A stretch of 64,000 nucleotides of DNA from positions 4,447-68,446 of IMG/VR virus record IMGVR_UViG_3300037117_000143; one strand, written 5' to 3'. The first letter of the stretch is position 1. Every line of letters begins with the position of its first letter. The translations under genes and the position numbers were made by a program. Shown here one piece after another: positions 49,169 to 56,447 of the stretch. Below the pieces are notes generated by a model. The model worked only from the letters and a program-made list of their open reading frames with translations. It made no database searches and was not told the origin of the DNA. Origin of the DNA: a virus.

Positions 49169-50182
49169 CGCTGCAACACGGTCCTTAATCATCGGCATCA
49201 ACAAGCCTAGCGCCTTGTCCTTGAGCGCCGCGCCGGAACCAAAGAGGCGGTTTTCAGTATTGCCAGCATCACGATCATGGTCAACATAGCGCGTGATCGC
49301 CTGAAGCGCGGTAAAGGCATCAATGTTCGCAGCGCCACCCGTGAACTTTATCGCCCGCTCGTTGCACGAGGTTGAAAGCGCATCGATAATCGATTGACGC
49401 TGATTTTTTTTGCGCGTCGAAACGTCTTTTTGTTCAGCGTCAATTGGAATATCCAGAACGCCGCGAATGAACGCGGAGAGCGCTTCCTTAGGCATAATGA
49501 AGCCGGCCAAAGCATCGCCGATTTGCTTGTACTGCGCGAAGCCGGCCGCAATCGATGCAAGGGCTTTCATCGCCTTTGCAGCGTCGAACTTGGTGGAATG
49601 GCGCACGTTGATTTTGGGCGCGTCCTCACCCATGGCGACATTGATTGTATTCTGACAAACAACGCATTCCATGCATGATTGTAGGCGCGTAGGGCTTGTC
49701 GTGTTGAACGTAGTGGAAGCTAGTAGGCGCACCTTGTGCGCCGATCCGCCGATGGTTTGTTCACCTGCAAAAGTGGCCTGTGCCCATATGCGTTTTCCGC
49801 CATCAAGGCTCCCCATAGTCGTCATGGTGAAACGCGGATCGATCTCGATCAATTCCCATAGTGCATTTTGCGCGTCAACCGGTTGCACCAAATTGTAGCG
49901 CGTGGAAACAAGGCCAAGCCCCGCGCCGGTATCTTCCCGGGCATTTACGAAACGATCCGGATAGTCGCGCAGCGCGCCCGTAGCGTCGCGGTAGTGCACG
50001 GGAGTGGCGCTAACAGTGAAGCTTGACCCAGCGGCTTCGCTCCACTCTTCCCGCGTCAGCGGCCGGCCAAGGCGCGCCACGATATCGTCAACCGATTGGC
50101 CAGTACCGTGCCAGATTTTTGAACGTGGGCCGACGAAAGCAAGGGCGACAAAGCCCAAGGTCTCGTCAAGATTTGCAGACAT
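49166..50182 (-). CDS. DUF932/DUF945 family protein
   Basis: WHGTG, LGLVS.RY..VQP, GSLDGGKRIW, VVCQNT, RHS, A.QAIT.YVDH; SD AGGAG. Confidence 0.85.
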   Translation of the reverse strand: MSANLDETLGFVALAFVGPRSKIWHGTGQSVDDIVARLGRPLTREEWSEAAGSSFTVSATPVHYRDATGALRDYPDRFVNAREDTGAGLGLVSTRYNLVQPVDAQNALWELIEIDPRFTMTTMGSLDGGKRIWAQATFAGEQTIGGSAHKVRLLASTTFNTTSPTRLQSCMECVVCQNTINVAMGEDAPKINVRHSTKFDAAKAMKALASIAAGFAQYKQIGDALAGFIMPKEALSAFIRGVLDIPIDAEQKDVSTRKKNQRQSIIDALSTSCNERAIKFTGGAANIDAFTALQAITRYVDHDRDAGNTENRLFGSGAALKDKALGLLMPMIKDRVAA

Positions 50183-50265
50183 AATATTTGCTCCTAGGTG
50201 AGAGTTTTTAGGGGCGGTGACCGCCGTTCTAGGTCACATTAGGCTCAAACGAAAGCACCCCTAGC

Positions 50266-50314
50266 GGCATGATTGCCGAACCTGCGCCCGCTAGGGCGCA
50301 AGCGCTGCAATCAA
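50266..50314 (-). ncRNA. Early-operon structured RNA motif, copy 4
   Basis: UUGAUUGC-AGC-GCUUGCGCCC(UAGC)GGGCGCAGGU-UCG-GCAAUCA-UGCC. Confidence 0.7.
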
Positions 50315-50484
50315 TCCTCAAAACGGTCGCGGGACAGGTAGCGTGTGAAGTATTCATCGACGGCGAGGGGTTCCGGATATTGCGGCGCCACGACATGCAA
50401 GGTGGCGGCGGTGCGGGCGATTTCGCGTCTAGCGTGGTCTCGATGACCGGCATAAGCGGCTAGCTGCAGCAGTGGGGTAAGCAT
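50311..50484 (-). CDS. 57-aa early protein (not in ORF track)
   Basis: SD AAGGA; MLTPLLQLAAYAGH...RDRFED*; stop lies inside motif copy 4. Confidence 0.55.
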   Translation of the reverse strand: MLTPLLQLAAYAGHRDHARREIARTAATLHVVAPQYPEPLAVDEYFTRYLSRDRFED

Positions 50485-50520
50485 GTGATATTCCTTTTGG
50501 TTGGCGGTTTCTATGGATTG

Positions 50521-50549
50521 AATGTGCGCCCGATCGCAAAACGTTTCAA
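50521..50549 (-). promoter_or_regulatory. Sigma70-type early promoter
   Basis: TTGAAA-N17-CACATT. Confidence 0.5.
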
Positions 50550-50579
50550 GCTAAATCTTTTGTGATTTGTGGTGATGGT

Positions 50580-50762
50580 TTACAACGTGTTAACGTATCG
50601 GGCATCTGGTCCCCAGTACTCAGGGGGTGGCGCTAGAACGCGGCGCTTATCCTGTGGCGGGAATTGCCCGCCCCAGCGATTCATGTATGCCTTGTGCTCT
50701 GCCTTGGCGGTATTGGCCGCGGCGCGCCCGTGCTTAAATTCAATCCATTCTAAATGTGTCAT
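50580..50762 (-). CDS. Hypothetical early protein
   Basis: ORF in operon orientation with GGA SD. Confidence 0.5.
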   Translation of the reverse strand: MTHLEWIEFKHGRAAANTAKAEHKAYMNRWGGQFPPQDKRRVLAPPPEYWGPDARYVNTL

Positions 50763-50794
50763 GACAACTTGTTTCCATCTTCGCTAGGCGGCAG

Positions 50795-50978
50795 CAGGGC
50801 TTTGATGGCCGCGTCTAGGTTGGGGTCTGCAGGCTCAGGTATGACCGTGGCAACGTGCTCAGAGGGCATTGCGGCAACGTTGGCCACAGGGCTTTGATGG
50901 CCGCGTCTAGGTTGGGGTCTGCAGGCTCAGGTATGACCGTGGCAACGTGCTCAGAGGGCATTGCGGCAACGTTGGCCA
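50795..50978. repeat. Perfect 92-bp tandem duplication
   Basis: 50795-50886 is identical to 50887-50978. Confidence 0.92.
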
Positions 50979-51312
50979 ATACAGCGGCCGGTAGCGGTAC
51001 GCTCTCTACAGTCTCAAGGATGGTCGCAATAGACGCGGCAACAGCAGGGGTGAGCTTAGCCTCGTGCCTGGCGCGTTCAATCCGATTTAGAGTGTCAATA
51101 GTGGGGTCGCCGGTCAATACGATTGGCTTGTCTAGTGCGCCTCGTTCGGCCTGCCTCTTACGATTTAGCATGATGTCCAGGCGACGCTCGACTTGTATTA
51201 TTTGTCCGCCTATTTTAAACCAAGGACCATAAGCCTTGTCGTTTGTGTAGCGAGCTTGTTCCTTCTTTAGTGCGGCGATCTTCTCTCGGCATTGATCGAT
51301 GCTTCTTGCCAT
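50815..51312 (-). CDS. First leftward early gene (C-terminus frameshifted by the 92-bp duplication)
   Basis: SD AAAGGG; downstream of a strong promoter. Confidence 0.65.
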   Translation of the reverse strand: MARSIDQCREKIAALKKEQARYTNDKAYGPWFKIGGQIIQVERRLDIMLNRKRQAERGALDKPIVLTGDPTIDTLNRIERARHEAKLTPAVAASIATILETVESVPLPAAVLANVAAMPSEHVATVIPEPADPNLDAAIKALWPTLPQCPLSTLPRSYLSLQTPT

Positions 51313-52108
51313 TTTGTAACCCTTTCACGGTTCAAATTATCTTATAATTATTTTATTATAGCTGTCAAGGGGTCATAATCCAGGGGGAGCAAAGATAATG
51401 GGATAATCAAAACGAGCGGAAAACGTCAATGGTGGCAACGTGTTATAAGGGTCGCCCTCAAAAGTCAGCTAGAAATAAGACTTCTATAATATACTATACA
51501 TGAGAAAAAGTGGAACGTCCCCCTGGGGCTTCATGCATCCTTACGAGGCCGTGAGCACGTTGCCACGTGAGCCCCCGTGAAAGTCTGTTATACATTAGAA
51601 TCCGGTCGGATTATGCCGATTTGACCCCCTTTTGGCACGTTTTCCCCTTTAAAACCTCATAATCCATATTTATTGCTATATAGCGGATTATGCTACATAA
51701 TGTCGCAGGTAATCCTAATAATGGAATCTAATAAATCTAATAACGGTGCGACCTTTAGCCGCAGGCAGCTCGCATACCGTGACAAGGCACGTTAACCCGT
51801 TGATATCAATGCGACATTTAGCCGCGCCTGTGGCAACGTGCCACTCGAGTTAACTATAGTGCGATCACGGTTTTGTGATTTGACTTAAAGAAGTTCAATG
51901 AAATCAGGGATTTAGATGGTTAACGGGTGTGGGGTGGCACCGTGTTAGGGTTAACCGGGTGGATGCCTGGCCCGGCGGCACGGCACAACTTTTGCAAGAA
52001 AGCAGGAGGTACGCACACCTAGGTTGTATTTTTGGAGTGTTAAGGTTTTCTTTACTGATTTGGCCCAAAACCTTGACTACCACGGTAGAACGGTGATACG
52101 GTAGCCTC
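51313..52108. other. About 800-bp AT-richer non-coding divergent control region (origin or genome-end candidate)
   Basis: No credible ORF; strand switch; repeated ATAAT, GTTAAC and GTGGCAACGTG elements. Confidence 0.6.
51339..51368 (-). promoter_or_regulatory. Sigma70-type early promoter
   Basis: TTGACA-N18-TAAGAT (or N16-TATAAG), AT-rich spacer. Confidence 0.65.
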
Positions 52109-52405
52109 ATGACGCGGAAGCTGACGTTCGACGAGATCAACCGACCCTACGCCGTCTACCGGCTCTTCGACGAAGCCGGCACCCTGCTCTATATCGGGTG
52201 CTCCCACAATCCCCCAGGAAAAAGGTTCCCGACCCACCGAAAAAAATCCTGGGCGGCCGAGATTGATTGGGATAAGTTAAAGCTCGAGTGGTTCGCGAAC
52301 TGGTCGCTGGCCACCCTGGGAGAGTACTACGCCATCGCCACGGAAGACCCAAAATACAACTGCCAGCACACGCTGGTCTACGGCAGAGTAGGAGCCTACA
52401 AATGA
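52109..52405 (+). CDS. GIY-YIG nuclease-domain protein
   Basis: AVYRLFD..G.LLYIG.S, R...H, E..AI..E.PKYN. Confidence 0.85.
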   Translation: MTRKLTFDEINRPYAVYRLFDEAGTLLYIGCSHNPPGKRFPTHRKKSWAAEIDWDKLKLEWFANWSLATLGEYYAIATEDPKYNCQHTLVYGRVGAYK

Positions 52406-52497
52406 TCGAGTTCATCGTTGTGCTGGTTATCGGGTGGGCTATCTACGTCCTGTTGCCGATTGCCATGAGCGGCCTCTTCGCAAAGAAAAAGCCTTGA
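52402..52497 (+). CDS. 31-aa membrane peptide
   Basis: SD AGGAG; MIEFIVVLVIGWAIYVLLPIAMSGLFAKKKP. Confidence 0.55.
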   Translation: MIEFIVVLVIGWAIYVLLPIAMSGLFAKKKP

Positions 52498-52523
52498 CGG
52501 GTGCCACCGTGCCACGGTATACG
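52494..52523 (+). promoter_or_regulatory. Sigma70-type promoter with GTGCCAC repeats in the spacer
   Basis: TTGACG-ggtgccaccgtgccacgg-TATACG. Confidence 0.55.
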
Positions 52524-52559
52524 CGATCGGCGAAGTGCGTATAAACGAGGACCATCCCC

Positions 52560-52751
52560 ATGGCCAAACCAGGTAAGCGCAAGTTCCCCCTCTGCGACGT
52601 CTGGGCGAAGGACATCCTAGCACCGTATCGCCGTGGGGGCTACGAGGCAAAATATAACCAGCTCGAGCAGGCGATCTACGAAGCGCTGGTGGAAGCGTGC
52701 CAACGTGGCACCCCGCTGCCGTTCGGTTATGTCGAAGCAGGGCCGGCCTGA
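52560..52751 (+). CDS. Hypothetical protein
   Basis: SD GAGGA; TGATG-coupled to the next gene. Confidence 0.6.
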   Translation: MAKPGKRKFPLCDVWAKDILAPYRRGGYEAKYNQLEQAIYEALVEACQRGTPLPFGYVEAGPA

Positions 52752-53608
52752 TGACCCCCCGAAAAATCCTGATTTGTGGTTTGCCTGGCAGTGGCAAGAC
52801 CACGCTGGCAAAATCGCTAGCACCGCTGATCAACGCCGTGCACTATGACGGCGACGAAGTTCGCTCCGTGACCCTCAACGACGACTTCAGCGTGGCTGGT
52901 CGCGCCAAACAGGTCGTCGACATGCGATGGTTGTGTGACAAGGTGAGAGCCGCGGGGCAGAACGTGATCGCCAGTTTTATTTGCCCGACTGCCGCTCTTC
53001 GCGAGGTCTTCGCTGCGGACTACACTATCCTCATGGACACCTCTCCCGACATTAAATACGCCGACACCAGGGTGATGTGGGAATATCCCAGCGATCCGGA
53101 CTGGACCGTTAGAGGGTTCGGAACGAGCACCGATTCGATCTCGTCCGTTGACATGATCGTTGCAGACTTGAACAAGCCAGCACCTTCCCCGTACGCGTGG
53201 AACAACGAAGCGCCAACAGGTTTGGTTCTTGGCAGGTTCCAGCCGTTCCATGCCGGGCATAAGGCGCTCGTCGATGAAGCGTTGAAGCGCTACCCGCAGG
53301 TGATGATCTGTGTTCGGTCCATGCCGGTATCTGACAAGAATCCATACACCTCGTTGCAGGCCCGCAACTTCATTTGGGAGTCCGTAGGTGATTACGGTGA
53401 CCGCGTGCGCGTGTTGCCTATGCCAAACATCGCCTCGGTCCTCTATGGCCGGGATGTCGGCTACAAGATCGAACGGGTGCACCTTGACACGGAGACAGAA
53501 TTGATATCCGCTACCGAGATACGAGGGCGGTACGGTCAGAATTCTATTCCGTCGGTCATCAAGGACTTCAATATGGATGACCCGCTACCAGAGGAACTGT
53601 ATCCATGA
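52751..53608 (+). CDS. cysC: Adenylyl-sulfate (APS) kinase fused to a HIGH-family nucleotidyltransferase
   Basis: GLPGSGKTT, DGDEVR, DFS..GR..Q, IASFICP, WEYP; then LGRFQPFHAGH and ISATEIR. Confidence 0.8.
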   Translation: MTPRKILICGLPGSGKTTLAKSLAPLINAVHYDGDEVRSVTLNDDFSVAGRAKQVVDMRWLCDKVRAAGQNVIASFICPTAALREVFAADYTILMDTSPDIKYADTRVMWEYPSDPDWTVRGFGTSTDSISSVDMIVADLNKPAPSPYAWNNEAPTGLVLGRFQPFHAGHKALVDEALKRYPQVMICVRSMPVSDKNPYTSLQARNFIWESVGDYGDRVRVLPMPNIASVLYGRDVGYKIERVHLDTETELISATEIRGRYGQNSIPSVIKDFNMDDPLPEELYP

Positions 53609-53949
53609 AGAAGCATATTTTACTGATGACAGTTGGAGCGCTCGCGGTATGGGGCTGCGTAATGGCAGGCGTACTGTACGCTCACGCTAACGATACCGGC
53701 GAGGCACAGCGGCAAATCCAGGCGGACTATTCTACACCAGATGGACAAACTGGTTCCTCGCGTTGGAAAAACCGGATTTTTGACAATGAAGGAGATTGTC
53801 AATCAGTGGTCAAGACCGGGCATAACCCTGATGGTTCCGCGGACGAGGCGTGGGTAGCAGCTCTAATTGAGCTGCAGAAAATTCTGCCAGCAGGGACTAC
53901 AGTCAAATTTTCTTGTGTTCCCCTGGTACAGGGCAACAATAGCATCTGA
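53605..53949 (+). CDS. Secreted/periplasmic protein
   Basis: Signal peptide ending AHA; F.....C ... FSCVP. Confidence 0.7.
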   Translation: MKKHILLMTVGALAVWGCVMAGVLYAHANDTGEAQRQIQADYSTPDGQTGSSRWKNRIFDNEGDCQSVVKTGHNPDGSADEAWVAALIELQKILPAGTTVKFSCVPLVQGNNSI

Positions 53950-54026
53950 TCCTCGACCCAGCTGCGTTGTCCGGTTGGGTTGATGAACGGGGCCCGGTAG
54001 CTCGCACACTCCCGGGCCCCAACCAA

Positions 54027-54087
54027 TCAGGGGTAGCTGAAAGGTAGCGGGAATAGATGCCGGGGTCACGTCCGGCACCCTGGTACA
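54027..54087 (+). ncRNA. tRNA-like element lacking an anticodon arm
   Basis: TCAGGGG/ACCCTGG acceptor-like stem, TAGCT..GGTAGC D-like arm, GCCGG/CCGGC T-like arm, 3' TACA. Confidence 0.35.
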
Positions 54088-54097
54088 GGAGAATGCC

Positions 54098-54367
54098 ATG
54101 ACCTGGTTTGGACGCCGCAAGGGAGACTACGATCCGCCGTTGGTAAAGCCAGAACCGTCCAACGTTGTGCAGTTACCTAAAAAACAGCTGCGAGCACCAG
54201 AGTTTCTTAAAATTCCCGATCGGCTGCGGGGCCCGGAGCACATAGAGCGGCAGCCGGCGGAAGAGGACTGCGACGCCGTAGAGGTGTTCAAGCAGATCCT
54301 GGCTGGCCTGGAGCCCACCGAAACGCTGGTCATCTACGTCGTTGACGAGAACGACGAACTGGTTTAA
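54098..54367 (+). CDS. Hypothetical protein
   Basis: SD CAGGAG. Confidence 0.7.
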   Translation: MTWFGRRKGDYDPPLVKPEPSNVVQLPKKQLRAPEFLKIPDRLRGPEHIERQPAEEDCDAVEVFKQILAGLEPTETLVIYVVDENDELV

Positions 54368-54395
54368 CCATTTTGTATCCCCGTTATATCATACT
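54364..54395 (+). promoter_or_regulatory. Degenerate CtrA-box-like promoter
   Basis: TTAA-ccatttt-GTAT-N11-CATACT. Confidence 0.4.
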
Positions 54396-54401
54396 GGCCG
54401 C

Positions 54402-54560
54402 GGCCGGTGTGGTCGCGTAGGGTGTTGAGGTAATTCCACCCTGGGGTACGGGACTGCGCCGGCCACTTGGCTTGCTTGAGGGGACGACCCCCTGCGGTAG
54501 AGGACAACCCTCTGCTGTATGGGGCTGGCCGAACCGGTGTAAGCCGACGCCAGCCCCAAC
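54402..54560 (+). ncRNA. Putative structured ncRNA or leader
   Basis: 13-bp stem 54402-54414/54452-54464; 9-bp stem 54521-54529/54549-54557. Confidence 0.45.
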
Positions 54561-54621
54561 TACTTGACTTGCCGTCGCCCCCTGTGGCTAATAGCCGCGT
54601 GTGCGGGCAGACAAGGCCCCT

Positions 54622-55197
54622 ATGGATCTCCCCACGTTGCCACGTGATATGTCTCTCATCGCCATGCGTCTAGCGGTGGAGGGCGTACCGATCGCCGCCA
54701 TTGCCCGCGCCATAGGCCACCCGGCATCCGACGTTCGTGACACTCTCATCTACCACCTGGAAATTGGCAGCATCACCGAGATGCCAATCGCCGACTGGCC
54801 GCCCACAGCGCGCCGCTCCGACCACATGCCGGCGTTCCTGCAGAAAGAACCGGAGAAGATCCAGCTGTTCTCGTGCCAGCGAGCTCTCGGCTTGACGCGG
54901 CTCGAGGCAGGCTTCATGCTGATTCTTCTGAAGCGGGAGGAAGCCGACAAGGAGACATTGCATTTTGTCATCGAAACCCAGAGAGCGCTTCGACGCACGC
55001 GCCCGGATTCGGTTGAAAGTACTGATGTTAAGATGGTAGATGTGGTAATCTGTAAGCTGCGAAAAAAACTCAAATTAGTCAATGCAAAGATTGACACTCT
55101 GTGGGGGCACGGTTATTATTTGGACGAGAAAAGTCGGGACACAATTGAAGCTCTTTTGTTGGAGGTTAAAATAAGTGGCTCAAACTCTGGAATATAG
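54622..55197 (+). CDS. Transcriptional regulator: N-terminal HTH plus CtrA-like OmpR/PhoB winged-helix domain, no receiver domain
   Basis: EGVPIAAIARAIG; LTRLE...L..LLKR; KMVDVVICKLRKKL....IDTLWGHGYYL. Confidence 0.85.
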   Translation: MDLPTLPRDMSLIAMRLAVEGVPIAAIARAIGHPASDVRDTLIYHLEIGSITEMPIADWPPTARRSDHMPAFLQKEPEKIQLFSCQRALGLTRLEAGFMLILLKREEADKETLHFVIETQRALRRTRPDSVESTDVKMVDVVICKLRKKLKLVNAKIDTLWGHGYYLDEKSRDTIEALLLEVKISGSNSGI

Positions 55198-55579
55198 TCG
55201 TCAATACCAACGCCGGCGCAGGTTAGACCCTGAGTTCAGACTAAAGGAGAGGATCAAAACACAGATCCATAGGGCCAAGCCGGAAATACATATAAAGTAC
55301 GTTATGTACAGGACACACCAGCGCTCTCGCAAGCATGGGTGGGCTCCGATTGATCCGGCTACGCTTACGCCGTACCCTGCCGACGGCACCTGTGAACTAT
55401 GCAAAAAGAAATCAAATTCTAAACGACGCCTCCATGCGGATCACGACCACACCACCGGGCGCTTTCGGGGCTGGATCTGTTATCCCTGCAATATCGCCGC
55501 TGGGTGGGTTGAGCGCGTCGGTCTTGATGCATTTGCGGAGTGGGTGAAATATGAGAACACCTTTGCCAAAGCCGCCTGA
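55175..55579 (+). CDS. Endonuclease VII-type HNH homing endonuclease
   Basis: CELC, LHADHDHTTGRFRGWICYPCN. Confidence 0.88.
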   Translation: MAQTLEYSRQYQRRRRLDPEFRLKERIKTQIHRAKPEIHIKYVMYRTHQRSRKHGWAPIDPATLTPYPADGTCELCKKKSNSKRRLHADHDHTTGRFRGWICYPCNIAAGWVERVGLDAFAEWVKYENTFAKAA

Positions 55580-55976
55580 TAAGCCGCGGCATCTGGCCCC
55601 GGTCTCTCCACAGCTCAACGAGAAAGAGATCATCGAGCAGCTGGCCGCGCCCTGCACGATGGACAACAGCAACTATTCCCGGGTTGCTGCCTTCCTATCC
55701 ATGATCGACGTCCACGACCGACGGCTCCAACGTAGTGCGGTCGTGCAGACGGCGGCGCGCGCGCTGGCCATGATCGAGTTCCTGCGAAAGGCTGAAGCCC
55801 TGACGCGAGTCCTCCACAGCCTGGTTTCTGGCAAGTACACGCCCGAGGAGACTATAAAGGGCGTCAGCCTGGCGATTGAGAAGAATCTGGAAGCGGCCAA
55901 CGAGACCCGTATTCTCTTGCACGCGGACATGGAGAAGGTCATCCAGTGCGCCTACGAGGGGGACCCCATTCAGTAA
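55551..55976 (+). CDS. Hypothetical helical protein
   Basis: SD GGAG; coding-like codon bias. Confidence 0.65.
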   Translation: MRTPLPKPPDKPRHLAPVSPQLNEKEIIEQLAAPCTMDNSNYSRVAAFLSMIDVHDRRLQRSAVVQTAARALAMIEFLRKAEALTRVLHSLVSGKYTPEETIKGVSLAIEKNLEAANETRILLHADMEKVIQCAYEGDPIQ

Positions 55977-56001
55977 AAATTAACCTAACAACATCTATGC
56001 T
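55969..56001 (+). promoter_or_regulatory. CtrA-box-like promoter
   Basis: TTCA-gtaaaaa-TTAA-N12-TATGCT. Confidence 0.5.
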
Positions 56002-56069
56002 GCTCCAAGCGCCGTTCCGAAAACAGTGACGAGCGGCGAGGCAGGGCGGCGGGATCGAGGCGTACCCCC

Positions 56070-56447
56070 ATGTGGAATAACCAGTTTGACTATTCACACG
56101 TGTGGGGGCATTTCGTGGCAACAGTAGCAATTATTGGTACTTTCGCTGGCTACCTACCCTATGCAGCGGCCACCGCAGCGTTTATATGGTATATCTTGCA
56201 GATCTGGGAGTCCCCCGTGGTCCAGAAATTACGCCCCCGCCCAACACCCCTAGAACGTGAGCGTCGGATCGCCCTTCTAGTGGCCTCGGCCAAAGTCATC
56301 AGTGCGGAGATTGTCGCCTTGCAGCTGGTGGTCGAGGCCAAGGCCACGGCGGCCGATTTGCTGTCAACCGCAGAGACTGTTGCAAAAGACCTAAAAGATG
56401 CTACAGGTAATATCATACGGGTGGCGCCGGCCATACCGGCCCACTAG
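56070..56447 (+). CDS. Holin-like membrane protein (may extend by frameshift to 56671)
   Basis: GTFAGYLP..AA....IWY..QIWES.VVQ pattern; two hydrophobic segments. Confidence 0.65.
   Translation: MWNNQFDYSHVWGHFVATVAIIGTFAGYLPYAAATAAFIWYILQIWESPVVQKLRPRPTPLERERRIALLVASAKVISAEIVALQLVVEAKATAADLLSTAETVAKDLKDATGNIIRVAPAIPAH

Noticed and set aside
50198-50264. Hammerhead ribozyme
   Set aside because: It is a three-way junction with GAAA, but has no CUGANGA core on either strand.
48206-50314. Repeated motif as a CRISPR array or integron attC sites
   Set aside because: Spacing is gene-sized and irregular, there are no RYYYAAC/GTTRRRY cores, and no cas gene or integrase is visible.
50795-50978. Diversity-generating retroelement TR/VR pair
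   Set aside because: The copies are identical and adjacent, with no adenine-specific mismatches and no reverse transcriptase.
51655-51705. XerCD dif-like site
   Set aside because: CATAA/TTAT arms are present, but spacing and flanks do not fit the 11-6-11 dif layout.
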